A DNA stretch of 64,000 nucleotides, from the NCBI RefSeq assembly GCF_050320075.1, contig NZ_CP190018.1, one strand, 5' to 3'. Positions within the stretch are counted from its first letter, which is position 1. Every line of letters starts with the position of its first letter. The translations under genes and the position numbers were made by a program. The stretch is from Escherichia coli. Its GTDB lineage: Bacteria; Pseudomonadota; Gammaproteobacteria; Enterobacterales; Enterobacteriaceae. The notes beneath the pieces were generated by a model. That model saw nothing but the letters and a program-made list of their open reading frames with translations. It was not told where the DNA came from and made no database searches. This document shows positions 36,722 to 47,031 of this stretch, one piece after another.

Positions 36722-37252
36722 TCACACCAGATAATCAATATGCTGATGGCGTACCAACTCATTGATCCGCTTAAGATTGAGGATCATCATGATATTGTGT
36801 TTATGGCAGTAGAACGTTTTTAGCGATATTTTCAGTTTCTCCAGAATATCTTCCGTTGTCATTTGATTCGCAATGCAGCTCAGAACCTGATGCTGCTTGC
36901 GCGAAAGGGACACATCCGCTTCAGGCACAGAGCAGTAACTGCCATTGATGAGTGCGACAAAGTCGATGATGGTGATAGTTCGCGGAACAAAGGTCACCGG
37001 TACTTTCCCCAGGCAGCGTTTAATATTAAAGGGGGAGAAAATAATCACATGGACAGGTTTTAATCGTTCAATTTGAGTGAGCAAATTAGAATGAAATACA
37101 TTATTCATTAATGTATCAATAATGACGAAGGCATGCTGATGCAACATTACGTCGATCTCTTCTTCGTTCTGTATATGAACGACATTACCTTTACTCAGAA
37201 TGTTTTTCATCGCAGTGAAGAACATCGTATCCCTGGTAATTATAAGAAACAT
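36722..37252 (-). CDS. dctR: LuxR-family regulator DctR (YhiF)
   Basis: 176-aa ORF with C-terminal LuxR-type HTH; next to slp. Confidence 0.85.
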   Translation of the reverse strand: MFLIITRDTMFFTAMKNILSKGNVVHIQNEEEIDVMLHQHAFVIIDTLMNNVFHSNLLTQIERLKPVHVIIFSPFNIKRCLGKVPVTFVPRTITIIDFVALINGSYCSVPEADVSLSRKQHQVLSCIANQMTTEDILEKLKISLKTFYCHKHNIMMILNLKRINELVRHQHIDYLV

Positions 37253-37404
37253 AACCGACTCCTGGTGCGGACATTAACTTTATAATCAGTTTGCCAAAGG
37301 TAATTAACAGGACAGGGCTTATAATAATAGTTAGCTGGCTGTGTATTAATTTGATGTAATGCATGATGCAGATGCTGAGAAAGCATCTGCATCTCTCGGT
37401 GGTG

Positions 37405-37971
37405 TTATTTGACCAGCTCAGGTGTTACCTGACTCACCGCATTGGTGTAGTAAGGCGCGCCCCAGCCCGGTTCCGGCCAGAATGCACCATAGCCGTAATC
37501 CCACAGGTTATAGGTGGTATTAACCACTTCTCTCAAATGCCACACCTGGATGCCCTGCATATTCACTTCGAGGAAGTTATACGGGACTTTATTGATAAAG
37601 CCAGGTTGTTCACCCTGAATGGTACCGAGGATGGTAACAAAGTGATTACGATAGTTCACTGGATCAAGGAAGCCGCTTTGTCTGGCGAGCAGTCGGCCCT
37701 GATAGTTGGCTTCAATATCAGGCTTCGCATAGCTATCCAACGGTAATACAGCGATTTCTAACAACGTATCCGTTTTGCCATTGATAACGTTGATAACCTT
37801 CCCACCAAAGCGCGCTTGTTGACCAACATATAACCCCGGCTGGTTATGAACAGCAACAAAACTTTTTTGAATATCAGGTTGGTTATTGCCTTTGATATTT
37901 TGCGGAATTGAACTACATGCGGCAAGCAAAAATGAAAGGCTGAGGATGAGTGCACCTTTTGTCATGTTCAT
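37405..37971 (-). CDS. slp: Outer-membrane starvation lipoprotein Slp
   Basis: Track ORF 37405..38190 trimmed to MNMTKGALILSLSFLLAACSS (lipobox LAAC), 188 aa. Confidence 0.85.
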   Translation of the reverse strand: MNMTKGALILSLSFLLAACSSIPQNIKGNNQPDIQKSFVAVHNQPGLYVGQQARFGGKVINVINGKTDTLLEIAVLPLDSYAKPDIEANYQGRLLARQSGFLDPVNYRNHFVTILGTIQGEQPGFINKVPYNFLEVNMQGIQVWHLREVVNTTYNLWDYGYGAFWPEPGWGAPYYTNAVSQVTPELVK

Positions 37972-38216
37972 GTTACTATCCTTATCAACAAATATTAAAA
38001 CCATAATAGATATTTCTTTATAGTTTTCATCTGATTCTGAGGCGATATGCCTGATAGTAACGTAAACCTGTCTGATGTTTATATCCCTTCTGTTTAGTTT
38101 AATTCTGTTAATTTTGGGGCGTGACATGAGTATCCATCGCCCCATAAAATAGCCTTTTTTTAAAGGTACATAAAATCTATTTTTATTCAATGCTTATAAA
38201 GCGCTAATAATCAATA

Positions 38217-39440
38217 TTATGGTATTATATTCTGATAATGATTTGATAAGCGAATTCTTTTGCCGGATGGTATTTCTATTTCCACCCCATAATTTATAGT
38301 TTTTTCATCAGGTAGCGATCTCTTTAAATAAGGCGTGCGTGACATTTTTTTTGGGTTAAGTGTCTCGTATTGAAATACTTCGAATTGATATTCAGACATT
38401 TCTGCCCATGTTTGAATTTTATTGTATCGGGAGAGTGTCGTAAAGGCTTTAACTTGCTTATAACATTGTTTTTGGAATTCTTGCTGATATTTTAATATGT
38501 CATTGTATGAAAGATTGGTTATCCTGGCCTCTAAGAATTTAATTATTGTCGAAGCAATTTCCGCTTTTGCTCGTAAAAAGTTGTCATTAATGGTTAATAA
38601 TGTTGAAAATAAACCTTCGATTTGTTTGTCAAGATATTGTTCGTCTTTATATAATTTTGGGGTAGGGTGTTCTTTATGTGAAAAAATAGTGTCACCTAAA
38701 TTTGCGTCAGTGAAATTTATATTAAGTAGATCTTCGAAATAAAACCTTGACAAGGTTAGAACGAACCCGGACAGGTTCTGTCCTGTCATATTGAAATCAA
38801 TAAAGTTGGTTCCGGCAAAGACTTTCATCCTGTTTTTATTTTCACTGTGTTCAATATATAACTTCGTCATTTTTTGATACAGGCTTTGAATATCTTTTAT
38901 ATTAGTCGGTAAGTCAGCTCGTTGTTCAGCATTAAAATTAGTATCTGAAAACATGGTTTGGACACTGAATCTTACTGGTATTCCCTCTTCTACGCTAATT
39001 TTAGTTATGATTGCCTTGTCGGGTTTAGGATTAGCGACAACAATGATTCGACATTCAGAATTTTTATTCTTTTCGTATCTAATGTTATTAATCTGATTAA
39101 GTATTGATTGTGTCTGTTGCGTAAGTGGTGTCGAACTTATCGTTTCAATGTTATTAATAAGACTTACAAGTTGAGCCACAATTTTTGAGTAGTCTGCATT
39201 TGTATATGTAGTGTTCGTGTGGCACGCATTAATTTGTTGAAGTTGGTGTTGCGCTAAATCATATTGATCAGAGGTATATCCTTCTCCAGAGAATGTGGAA
39301 TTAATGGGTTGTTGTTCTTCCCAATTATCGCAAGGCCACTTCGGTGTATCTGGCGTTTTAGCATTATCGGTATTTGTTGTGCAGTTATAAATATCGCCGT
39401 GATATGTATTTATTATACCTGGGGTAAAGTCAATTGACAT
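38217..39440 (-). CDS. yhiS: Hypothetical protein YhiS, apparently intact
   Basis: 407-aa AT-rich ORF in the position of yhiS; no IS sequence inside it. Confidence 0.7.
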   Translation of the reverse strand: MSIDFTPGIINTYHGDIYNCTTNTDNAKTPDTPKWPCDNWEEQQPINSTFSGEGYTSDQYDLAQHQLQQINACHTNTTYTNADYSKIVAQLVSLINNIETISSTPLTQQTQSILNQINNIRYEKNKNSECRIIVVANPKPDKAIITKISVEEGIPVRFSVQTMFSDTNFNAEQRADLPTNIKDIQSLYQKMTKLYIEHSENKNRMKVFAGTNFIDFNMTGQNLSGFVLTLSRFYFEDLLNINFTDANLGDTIFSHKEHPTPKLYKDEQYLDKQIEGLFSTLLTINDNFLRAKAEIASTIIKFLEARITNLSYNDILKYQQEFQKQCYKQVKAFTTLSRYNKIQTWAEMSEYQFEVFQYETLNPKKMSRTPYLKRSLPDEKTINYGVEIEIPSGKRIRLSNHYQNIIP

Positions 39441-40019
39441 AAAATTCCTTATTCATCATTTGTTTTATGCTAAGATGTTTAAATTGGATAATTAGAACAG
39501 GAATGGATTTTCTTCTACACACAATAAATGTAATGCGTTATCTCTTCCTGATATAATTACCTTTGATTTCCCTTTTATCTCCACCCGGTAATATTTGTGT
39601 ATAAAAAAAGGGCAGTGATAGTATCGTAAAGGAAAACGTTAACAACTATCAAAAAGCGCTCATTTTAAAAAGTTATGATGTTCACCGATAGTGTGTGAAG
39701 TGATATTTTTGTGATGTTTTAGATGTGTAATAATGAACCAGGTTAAAGTGTATTTAAAAATGTGTTGTATTGGCGACTGAAATCTGCCCTTTAAAAGGGG
39801 GATAGCACTGAAACAAAGAGACATTGCTTCTCCGATAAAATGTCAGAGAAGCATGATTGCGTGGTGATTGTCGATTGATGACTTACTGACGGATCCGTCA
39901 TCATTCTCAAAGCATTAGTTAAGTTATTTGTGATTTTTAAGGATTATCCTATCTATGATTTTCTACTCAGAAGGATAAGGCACTCACAATGCTCCTTATA
40001 GTTTACTGCTGGCATCTAT

Positions 40020-41033
40020 TTAAAATAGCATTTGAGTCAAATAGCCCATCAAGATAGCCATACCTAAGATAACCGTCAGGAATGCAGCTATCATCGGCAT
40101 TCTGAACATTGATTTAAGTAATATCACTTCCGTCAGGCTTGCTCCGGCACTGCCGATGATTAATGCCATTAATGCTCCCAGCCCCATTCCTTTTGTCATC
40201 AGAACAGATGCCAGAGGGATAACCGCCTCTGCCCGGATATACAGCGGAATTCCGACAACGGCGCTCAATGGGATGGCGAAGGGATTATCTGCCCCTGCAT
40301 GAGCGGCAATCCACTCTGAGGGAATAAAGCCATAAATAAAAGAGCCTATTAATACCCCTAACAAAAGATATGGCAGTACATCTTTAAACTGTTGCAACGC
40401 ATCTTTGGTGGCTAGTTTTATGGGATTAATACTTACCACAGCTTTGGTACTGCAACAGTTTACTACAGGTTTCTCAATGGCTTTAGCCGCTGGACTACAG
40501 CAACTCACTTTTATTGGCGTATATGTCGTCCCCGGCGAAGTTTTGGCTGGAGCACAACAATTTGCTGATGAGCTTTTACTGGCAATGATATGACGTTCAA
40601 ATCCCAGGGAATCCAGGATAATACTGGCAAGTACGGAGACGCCGGCGGCGATAATCGCGTACAACAAGGTAACTTTCCAGCCAAAGGTCACCCACATTAA
40701 CCCGACGATAATGGGATTAAGTAATGGGGAAACAAATAAAAAAGTGAGAGTCGGACCAAACCCGGCTTTCGCTGATAACAATCCACGTAACATGGGGATT
40801 GTCGAGCAACTACAGAACGGGGTAACGGCTCCCAACAGAGCAGCCAGGAGATAGCCTTTCCCTTTTCTTGCCCCCATCATCTGCTGGATTTTATGGTCTG
40901 GCACCTTTTGTCTTATCAGGCTGACACCGGCACTAATCACTATAAACAGCAAAGAAAGCTCGACGGCGAGAAACACAAACATCTCTGCGGCATCTTGCAG
41001 CATCGCAAGCCAACTACTCATACGTAACCTCAT
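40020..41033 (-). CDS. ArsP-like permease (COG0701/DUF318 family; putative organoarsenical efflux)
   Basis: 337-aa multi-TM ORF with the TPFCSCS motif in a TM segment, a central loop carrying three Cys-Cys pairs and an internally duplicated architecture; divergent from an ArsR-family gene. Start codon uncertain. Confidence 0.6.
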   Translation of the reverse strand: MRLRMSSWLAMLQDAAEMFVFLAVELSLLFIVISAGVSLIRQKVPDHKIQQMMGARKGKGYLLAALLGAVTPFCSCSTIPMLRGLLSAKAGFGPTLTFLFVSPLLNPIIVGLMWVTFGWKVTLLYAIIAAGVSVLASIILDSLGFERHIIASKSSSANCCAPAKTSPGTTYTPIKVSCCSPAAKAIEKPVVNCCSTKAVVSINPIKLATKDALQQFKDVLPYLLLGVLIGSFIYGFIPSEWIAAHAGADNPFAIPLSAVVGIPLYIRAEAVIPLASVLMTKGMGLGALMALIIGSAGASLTEVILLKSMFRMPMIAAFLTVILGMAILMGYLTQMLF

Positions 41034-41128
41034 TGAATGAATCCATATTTCCAGAATAATCGAAATGAAATTCAGATCAAGATATTTCTGGTATTATCGA
41101 AATATCAACCAGACAAAGGGGGTGTCAT

Positions 41129-41425
41129 ATGCAGTTGGAAGAAGTTGCTAAAGCGCTGAAAGAGCTAGGTCACCCGACCCGTTTGTTCATATTCAAACAC
41201 CTGGTCAAAGCGGGGGAACAAGGTTTGCCGGTCGGTGAGTTGCAAAAGCAGCTTGGGATCCCCGGCTCCACACTCAGTCACCATATTTCAGCACTGGTAT
41301 CGGTAGGGCTGGTCAAACAAAACCGTGAGAGTCGAACGCTGATGTGTGTTTCGCAATACGCAATGCTGGAAGCGATAATTGAATTCTTACGTGAGGAGTG
41401 CTGCGTAAATAGCAAAATTGCCTGA
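41129..41425 (+). CDS. ArsR/SmtB-family metalloregulator, atypical (C-terminal Cys-Cys)
   Basis: 98-aa ORF with winged-helix HTH (GELQKQLGIPGSTLSHHISALVSVGLV), no ELCVCD motif, C-terminal EECCVNS; good SD (aggggg) before the ATG. Confidence 0.65.
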   Translation: MQLEEVAKALKELGHPTRLFIFKHLVKAGEQGLPVGELQKQLGIPGSTLSHHISALVSVGLVKQNRESRTLMCVSQYAMLEAIIEFLREECCVNSKIA

Positions 41426-41547
41426 TGCGCTACGCGCTACAGATTTCATGCCATGCACGGTTTTGTAGGTCGGATAAGACGCGTTAGCGTCGCATCCGAC
41501 ATAAACAAAGCGCACTTTACCAACTATGGGCAGTGGATATCGCCGCT

Positions 41548-41973
41548 TTATTTCAAGCGTTTACCCGCTTCATCAACCACTTTCTCGCCATCTTCCTTGG
41601 TGAACGCGCCTTGTTGCGCATCTGGCAGAATTTCCAGCACGACTTCTGAAGGGCGGCACAGGCGAGTTCCCAGCGGCGTCACCACAATCGGGCGATTAAT
41701 CAGAATCGGGTGCTGAAGCATAAAGTCGATTAACCGATCGTCAGTAAATTTATCTTCTGCAAGGCCCAGTTCCTCATACGGCTCGACGTTTTTACGCAGC
41801 AGCGCGCGTACGGAAATCCCCATATCGGCAATGAGTTTGACCAGTTCATCACGCGTCGGTGGGGTTTCCAGATAATAGACAATGGTCGGTTCTGTGCCGC
41901 TGTTGCGGATCATCTCCAGCGTATTTCGCGACGTGCCGCAGGCTGGGTTGTGATAAATGGTAATGTTGCTCAT
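41548..41973 (-). CDS. arsC: Arsenate reductase (glutaredoxin-coupled)
   Basis: 141-aa ORF recognised as ArsC; directly downstream of arsB. Confidence 0.9.
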   Translation of the reverse strand: MSNITIYHNPACGTSRNTLEMIRNSGTEPTIVYYLETPPTRDELVKLIADMGISVRALLRKNVEPYEELGLAEDKFTDDRLIDFMLQHPILINRPIVVTPLGTRLCRPSEVVLEILPDAQQGAFTKEDGEKVVDEAGKRLK

Positions 41974-41985
41974 ATCAATATCTCA

Positions 41986-43275
41986 TTACAAAGTGAAAGA
42001 GAGACGTAGCGCCAGCGCAGCCAGCGTCACAAAAAGCACCGGCAGGGTCATGATAATCCCTGTACGGAAGTAATATCCCCAGCTGATAGTCATATTCTTC
42101 TGCGAAAGTACGTGCAGCCAGAGCAGCGTCGCCAGGCTACCAATTGGGGTAATTTTCGGCCCCAAATCGCAGCCAATCACGTTGGCATAAACCATCGCTT
42201 CTTTGATAACGCCAGATGCCGTGCTGCCATCAATGGACAACGCGCCAACCAGTACCGTCGGCATATTGTTCATAATAGAAGAGAGGAAGGCGGTGAGGAA
42301 TCCGGTGCCGAGCGTCGCGGCCCACAGGCCGTTTTCCGCCAGCACGTTGAGTACGCCAGAAAGATATTCCGTTAGTCCGGCATTGCGCAGGCCATAAACC
42401 ACCAGATACATGCCGAGCGAGAAGATGACAATCTGCCAGGGCGCACCGCGTAGCACCTTACCCGTATTAATTGCATGACCGCGTTTAGCGACGGCAAATA
42501 ATATCAGCGCGCCCACTGCCGCAATGGCGCTGACCGGAATGCCGAGCGGTTCCAGAACGAAAAATCCCACCAGCAGAAGCAGTAAAACAACCCAGCCAGT
42601 TTTGAACGTAGCAGGATCTTTAATCGCTTCTGCGGGAGATTTCAGCAGCGCCATGTCGTAGTTCTGCGGAATATCTTTGCGGAAATAGAGATGCAACATC
42701 ACCAGCGTGGCAACAATCGCGGCGATATCCACCGGCACCATCACCAAGGCATATTCGCGAAAGCCGAGGCCAAAGAAATCTGCGGAAACGATATTCACCA
42801 GGTTGGAGACAATAAGCGGCAGGCTGGCGGTATCGGCAATGAACCCGGCCGCCATCACGAACGCAAGCGTCGTGCCTTTACTGAACCCTAAAGCCAGCAG
42901 CATGGCGATGACAATCGGTGTCAAAATAAGCGCCGCGCCATCATTGGCAAACAGAGCTGCAACGGCAGCACCGAGCAGGACAATCCAGGTAAACAGCAAG
43001 CGACCGCGTCCATTGCCCCAGCGTGAGACGTGCAGCGCCGCCCATTCAAAAAAGCCGGACTCATCCAGCAGCAGGCTGATGATAATGACGGCAATAAACG
43101 CCGCCGTCGCGTTCCAGACGATATTCCACACCACCGGAATATCACCCGGATGAACCACGCCCGTAAGCAACGCCAGTACCGCGCCGAGCGTTGCACTCCA
43201 GCCGATGCCTAAACCTTTCGGCTGCCAGATAACCAATACGATGGTCAGGACAAAAATAGCGCCTGCCAGTAACAT
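41986..43275 (-). CDS. arsB: Arsenite/antimonite efflux pump
   Basis: Track ORF trimmed to [21 protein letters not shown] (start codon 43273-43275), 429 aa, multi-TM. Confidence 0.9.
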   Translation of the reverse strand: MLLAGAIFVLTIVLVIWQPKGLGIGWSATLGAVLALLTGVVHPGDIPVVWNIVWNATAAFIAVIIISLLLDESGFFEWAALHVSRWGNGRGRLLFTWIVLLGAAVAALFANDGAALILTPIVIAMLLALGFSKGTTLAFVMAAGFIADTASLPLIVSNLVNIVSADFFGLGFREYALVMVPVDIAAIVATLVMLHLYFRKDIPQNYDMALLKSPAEAIKDPATFKTGWVVLLLLLVGFFVLEPLGIPVSAIAAVGALILFAVAKRGHAINTGKVLRGAPWQIVIFSLGMYLVVYGLRNAGLTEYLSGVLNVLAENGLWAATLGTGFLTAFLSSIMNNMPTVLVGALSIDGSTASGVIKEAMVYANVIGCDLGPKITPIGSLATLLWLHVLSQKNMTISWGYYFRTGIIMTLPVLFVTLAALALRLSFTL

Positions 43276-43329
43276 AATGCCTCCCGGATAAAACACATCT
43301 GAAAATTCATATGTGTTTAGATAAATTTT

Positions 43330-43683
43330 TTAACTACAAATGTTCTTACTGTCTTCGGAACAATTTTGTCGAGCCAGGTTGCGGACAATCGCCTGAACCT
43401 TTTCCTGTTCACATCGCCAGGCCTCATCAATAATTTTCGCGGCCCATGATGGAATATGCGGTGATAAGCGGTAATGAACCCACTTACCCTGCTTGCGATC
43501 CAGCAATAGCCCACTTTCACGCAGCAATGCCAGGTGGCGGGATATCTTGGGCTGCGACTGATCGAGGGCAGTACAGAGATCGCAGACGCATAATTCTCCC
43601 AGCTCGCTGAGCAGTAAAACGATGCCCAGACGGGTTTCATCAGCAAGAATTTTGAACAGTTGGATGGGTAACAGAAATGACAT
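43330..43683 (-). CDS. arsR: Arsenic-responsive repressor ArsR
   Basis: 117-aa ORF with the canonical ELCVCDLC metal-binding motif next to the HTH. Confidence 0.9.
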   Translation of the reverse strand: MSFLLPIQLFKILADETRLGIVLLLSELGELCVCDLCTALDQSQPKISRHLALLRESGLLLDRKQGKWVHYRLSPHIPSWAAKIIDEAWRCEQEKVQAIVRNLARQNCSEDSKNICS

Positions 43684-43835
43684 ATTGCGCTCCTGATTGT
43701 TGCAGGTAGTGTCTCTCTTCGAAGCGGATAAGTCAAAAACATATATGACTTAACGAATGTGTAAGCGCAGAAGAAGGTAATAGGTGTGAATTTTGAGTTG
43801 GGTATTCATTTGAAAGGAGGTCTGAATCAGGACGT

Positions 43836-43920
43836 AAAAAAACCGACTTTGCGTCGGTTTTTTACTTTCCAGCCCTGAGTTGGTGGCTCTGGCCGGAGTG
43901 AGAATGCCCACATCTAACGG
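43836..43920 (-). ncRNA. agr-type antisense small RNA, copy 1 (agrA/agrB family)
   Basis: About 85-nt unit ending in a hairpin plus U-tract (plus-strand aaaaaaaccgactttgcgtcggtttttt); contains gagtgagaatgcccacatctaacg, which is repeated in copy 2 and complementary to the dinQ leader; ends approximate. Confidence 0.55.
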
Positions 43921-44070
43921 TTCAATACTATTAGCCAGTGGCTAACATTGCAAGCGTTAGCGATTTCTTCAGCTGGCGAAGGGACAGTTTGCTATACATG
44001 TTGGTGAAAGAGGATTTATATACTTTCATCGGGTCGCTGCCGTACCAGGCCTTGTCCAAATCCGGACGTA

Positions 44071-44155
44071 AAAAAACCGACTTCGCGTCGGTTTTTTACT
44101 TTGCAGCCCAGAGTTGGTGGCTCTGGCTGGAGTGAGAATGCCATCATCTAACGCA
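44071..44155 (-). ncRNA. agr-type antisense small RNA, copy 2 (agrA/agrB family)
   Basis: Second near-identical unit with its own hairpin (aaaaaaaccgacttcgcgtcggtttttt) and gagtgagaatgccatcatctaacg core; ends approximate. Confidence 0.55.
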
Positions 44156-44214
44156 TCAATGCTAATACCATACTGAAACTATTGCAAGGACATGCTGGTT
44201 TTATAACCTGTATG

Positions 44215-44234
44215 TACTGTATGATTATCCAGTT
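44215..44234 (+). promoter_or_regulatory. LexA (SOS) box in the dinQ promoter
   Basis: tactgtatgattatccagtt matches CTGT-N8-ACAG of the LexA consensus TACTGTATATATATACAGTA. Confidence 0.65.
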
Positions 44235-44424
44235 AGTTCTGAGGCATTTTCACTCTGGTAATGCGCATAAACGCTTTCAAAGTCCTGGTCAGAAGTACGG
44301 GTGGTGCCGTTAACTGATGCTCTGGTCGGAGTGAGAATGCCCACATCTAACAATGGGGCATGCGCCGTGACAGGCAGTGGATGAGTAAGCGGATGCATTC
44401 TCACTCCATCGCATGGAGAAAACG

Positions 44425-44523
44425 GGTGATTGATAAAGCAATCATCGTTCTTGGGGCGTTAATTGCGCTACTGGAACTGATCCGCTTCCTGCTTCAGCTT
44501 CTGAACTGATAGCGGAAACGTAG
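44425..44523 (+). pseudogene. dinQ: dinQ-like toxin ORF with an apparent +1 frameshift
   Basis: GTG at 44425 begins VIDKAIIVLGAL; an extra A in ttaaatt at about 44458-44462 shifts the frame to a hydrophilic 32-codon product. Without that A the ORF is exactly 27 codons ending IALLELIRFLLQLLN. Confidence 0.45.
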
Positions 44524-44562
44524 TTAAGGGCAAAGAGCACACCACTCTTTGCCCTTTAACAT

Positions 44563-45915
44563 TTAACGCATGGTCACGAACTCTTCTGCCGCCGTCGGGT
44601 GAATGGCGACGGTATTGTCGAAGTCTTTTTTGGTCGCCCCCATCTTCAGCGCCACCGCGAAGCCCTGCAACATTTCATCCATACCAAAACCAATGCCGTG
44701 AATTCCGACAATCTTCTCTTCCGGTCCAACGCATACCAGTTTCATGCGGCACGGCTGGCGGTGAGTGGTGACGGCGGTATACATCGCGGTGAAAGAGGAT
44801 TTATACACTTTCACCTGATCGTCGCCGTACTGCTCGCGCGCCTGCGGTTCCGTTAAACCAACAGTACCAATCGGCGGATGGCTGAAGACCACGGTCGGAA
44901 TGTTGCTGTAATCCAGATGCTCATCAGGCTTGTTATTAAACAGGCGTTCAGAGAGACGGCGACCCGCTGCAACTGCCACCGGTGTCAGTTCCACTGCCCC
45001 CGTGTTATCGCCCACAGCGTAAATACCTTCAACGTTGGTATTTTGATATTTATCGACGACGATATAGCCTTTTTCGTTAGTTTTAACGCCAGCGGCTTCC
45101 AGGTTGATGTTGTCATTGGCAGGCTCGCGACCAATCGCCCAAATCAGGCAATCTACCGTTTCACTGCGACCATCTTCCAGCTCCAGCGTCAGGCTGCCGT
45201 CGGCATTTTTCACCACCGCTTTCGGGATGGCGTTGGTGTGCAGCTGCGGGCCTTCGGCGTTCATCACTTCGACCAGCGTTTCAGAGATCATCGGGTCGAA
45301 GCTGCGCAGCGGCGCATGTTTACGCACAAACAGATGCGTTTTCGCGCCGAGGCCGTTAATCACGCCCGCCAGCTCAACGGCGATGTAACCCGCGCCAACA
45401 ACCGCCACGCGCTCTGGCAAAGCAGGAAGGGCGAAGAAGCCATCAGAATCAATACCGTATTCCACGCCCGGAATATCCGGGTGGCTCGGACGACCGCCGG
45501 TGGCGATCAGAATATGATCGGCCGTGATGGTTTCGCCGTTTACCTCCAGCGTTTTGGCATCAACGAAGCGGGCAAAGCCTTTGATTACATCAACGTTATT
45601 TTTACCGAGCACGTTTTCATAGGAAGTATGAATACGGTCGATATAGGCGGTACGGCTGGCGATCAACGTTTCCCAGTTGAATTTATTTATAGTGGTATCG
45701 AAACCATAATCCGGACCGTACATGTGGATCGCTTCACGGATTTGCGCCGCGTGCCACATCACTTTCTTCGGTACGCAGCCGACGTTCACGCAGGTGCCGC
45801 CCAGCTCTTTGGCTTCAATCAGCGCGCATTTCTGGCCGTACATAGCCGCGCGGTTGATGGAGGCGATACCGCCGCTGCCGCCGCCGATGGCGATGTAATC
45901 ATAGTGTTTAGTCAT
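44563..45915 (-). CDS. gor: Glutathione reductase
   Basis: 450-aa ORF with FAD-binding GGGSGG, redox-active [10 protein letters not shown] and the C-terminal dimerisation region. Confidence 0.95.
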   Translation of the reverse strand: MTKHYDYIAIGGGSGGIASINRAAMYGQKCALIEAKELGGTCVNVGCVPKKVMWHAAQIREAIHMYGPDYGFDTTINKFNWETLIASRTAYIDRIHTSYENVLGKNNVDVIKGFARFVDAKTLEVNGETITADHILIATGGRPSHPDIPGVEYGIDSDGFFALPALPERVAVVGAGYIAVELAGVINGLGAKTHLFVRKHAPLRSFDPMISETLVEVMNAEGPQLHTNAIPKAVVKNADGSLTLELEDGRSETVDCLIWAIGREPANDNINLEAAGVKTNEKGYIVVDKYQNTNVEGIYAVGDNTGAVELTPVAVAAGRRLSERLFNNKPDEHLDYSNIPTVVFSHPPIGTVGLTEPQAREQYGDDQVKVYKSSFTAMYTAVTTHRQPCRMKLVCVGPEEKIVGIHGIGFGMDEMLQGFAVALKMGATKKDFDNTVAIHPTAAEEFVTMR

Positions 45916-45986
45916 GACAGAGTGTCCTTATCGTTGATTACCGCGATTGTAGCGCGAGACGTAATAGGTGCCAGCAATGGCTGCAA

Positions 45987-46829
45987 TTACTCCGGCACGA
46001 TCCAGCTTACGGTGGCGTGCCCGGTGCCTGCCGGAACCAGTTTGCTGTGCAGCCACGGCAGCACGTTATTCATCTGCTGTTCCAGCTTCCACGGCGGGTT
46101 AATCACAATCATGCCGGAAGCGGTCATGCCACGGCGATCGCTGTCTGGCAGTACCGCCAGTTCAATTTGCAGAATTTTGCGAATGCCGGTCGCTTCCAGG
46201 TCGTGGATCATGCGCTTAATTTGCTGGCGCAACACCACTGGATACCACAGTGCGTAAGTGCCAGTGGCGAAACGTTTATAGCCTTCTGCTATCCCGCTGA
46301 CTACCGCCTGATAGTCGGTTTTCATTTCATACGGCGGGTCGATAAGGATTAAACCACGGCGGGAAACCGGCGGCAGTTTGGCCTTAAGCTGCTGGAAACC
46401 ATCGGCTTTTTCGACGCGCGCACGATTGTCTTTCTGAAATTCAGAACGTAGCAACGGGTAATCGCTCGGGTGCAGTTCGGTCAGTTGCAGGCTGTCCTGT
46501 TCACGCAGTAACTGACGAGCAATCAACGGCGAACCGGGGTAGTAACGCAACTGACCGCTACGGTTGAAGTGTTTTACCACATTGATGTACGCCTCCAGCT
46601 CTGCAGGCAAATCGTCCTGCTGCCAGATACGGGCGATACCTTCGAGATATTCGCCGGTACGCTCGGCATGTTCGCTGCCTAACTGATAACGCCCGGCCCC
46701 TGCGTGGGTATCGAGATAGAGAAACGGTTTATCTTTCTCTTTCAGCGACTCGATGATCAGGCTCTGAACGGTATGTTTAAGGACGTCGGCGTGGTTGCCA
46801 GCGTGAAAGCTGTGGCGATAACTGAGCAT
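45987..46829 (-). CDS. rlmJ: 23S rRNA m6A2030 methyltransferase
   Basis: Track ORF trimmed to MLSYRHSFHAGNHADVLKH (start codon 46827-46829), 280 aa. Confidence 0.85.
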   Translation of the reverse strand: MLSYRHSFHAGNHADVLKHTVQSLIIESLKEKDKPFLYLDTHAGAGRYQLGSEHAERTGEYLEGIARIWQQDDLPAELEAYINVVKHFNRSGQLRYYPGSPLIARQLLREQDSLQLTELHPSDYPLLRSEFQKDNRARVEKADGFQQLKAKLPPVSRRGLILIDPPYEMKTDYQAVVSGIAEGYKRFATGTYALWYPVVLRQQIKRMIHDLEATGIRKILQIELAVLPDSDRRGMTASGMIVINPPWKLEQQMNNVLPWLHSKLVPAGTGHATVSWIVPE

Positions 46830-47031
46830 GGGTAAAGGTGTTCCGGTAAGTAAAAATCGGCCCGTATTCGGGGCGCACAAAAGCCTATCAGGACAGTATA
46901 CCGAAAAGAGGCCGCCGCCGCGAAAGCGTAACGTTTCTCATTGAAATTCACTACACTTAACCCCATGCTACAAACATTATGTAAAGCGCCTGTTGAGCGC
47001 TTCCTTAACCTCTTTAACCAGGACTGCGCTA

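Noticed and set aside
36863..37063. 66-aa ORF on the plus strand
   Set aside because: Antisense to dctR; shadow ORF.
43800..44520. Repeat-rich region that could be mistaken for a CRISPR array or a REP cluster
   Set aside because: Only two to three copies, of unequal spacing, each with its own terminator hairpin; better explained as the agr antisense RNA genes and the dinQ leader.
44878..46257. 459-aa ORF on the plus strand
   Set aside because: Lies wholly antisense to gor and rlmJ; typical shadow ORF opposite GC-rich coding sequence with a Arg/Ala/Gly-rich composition.
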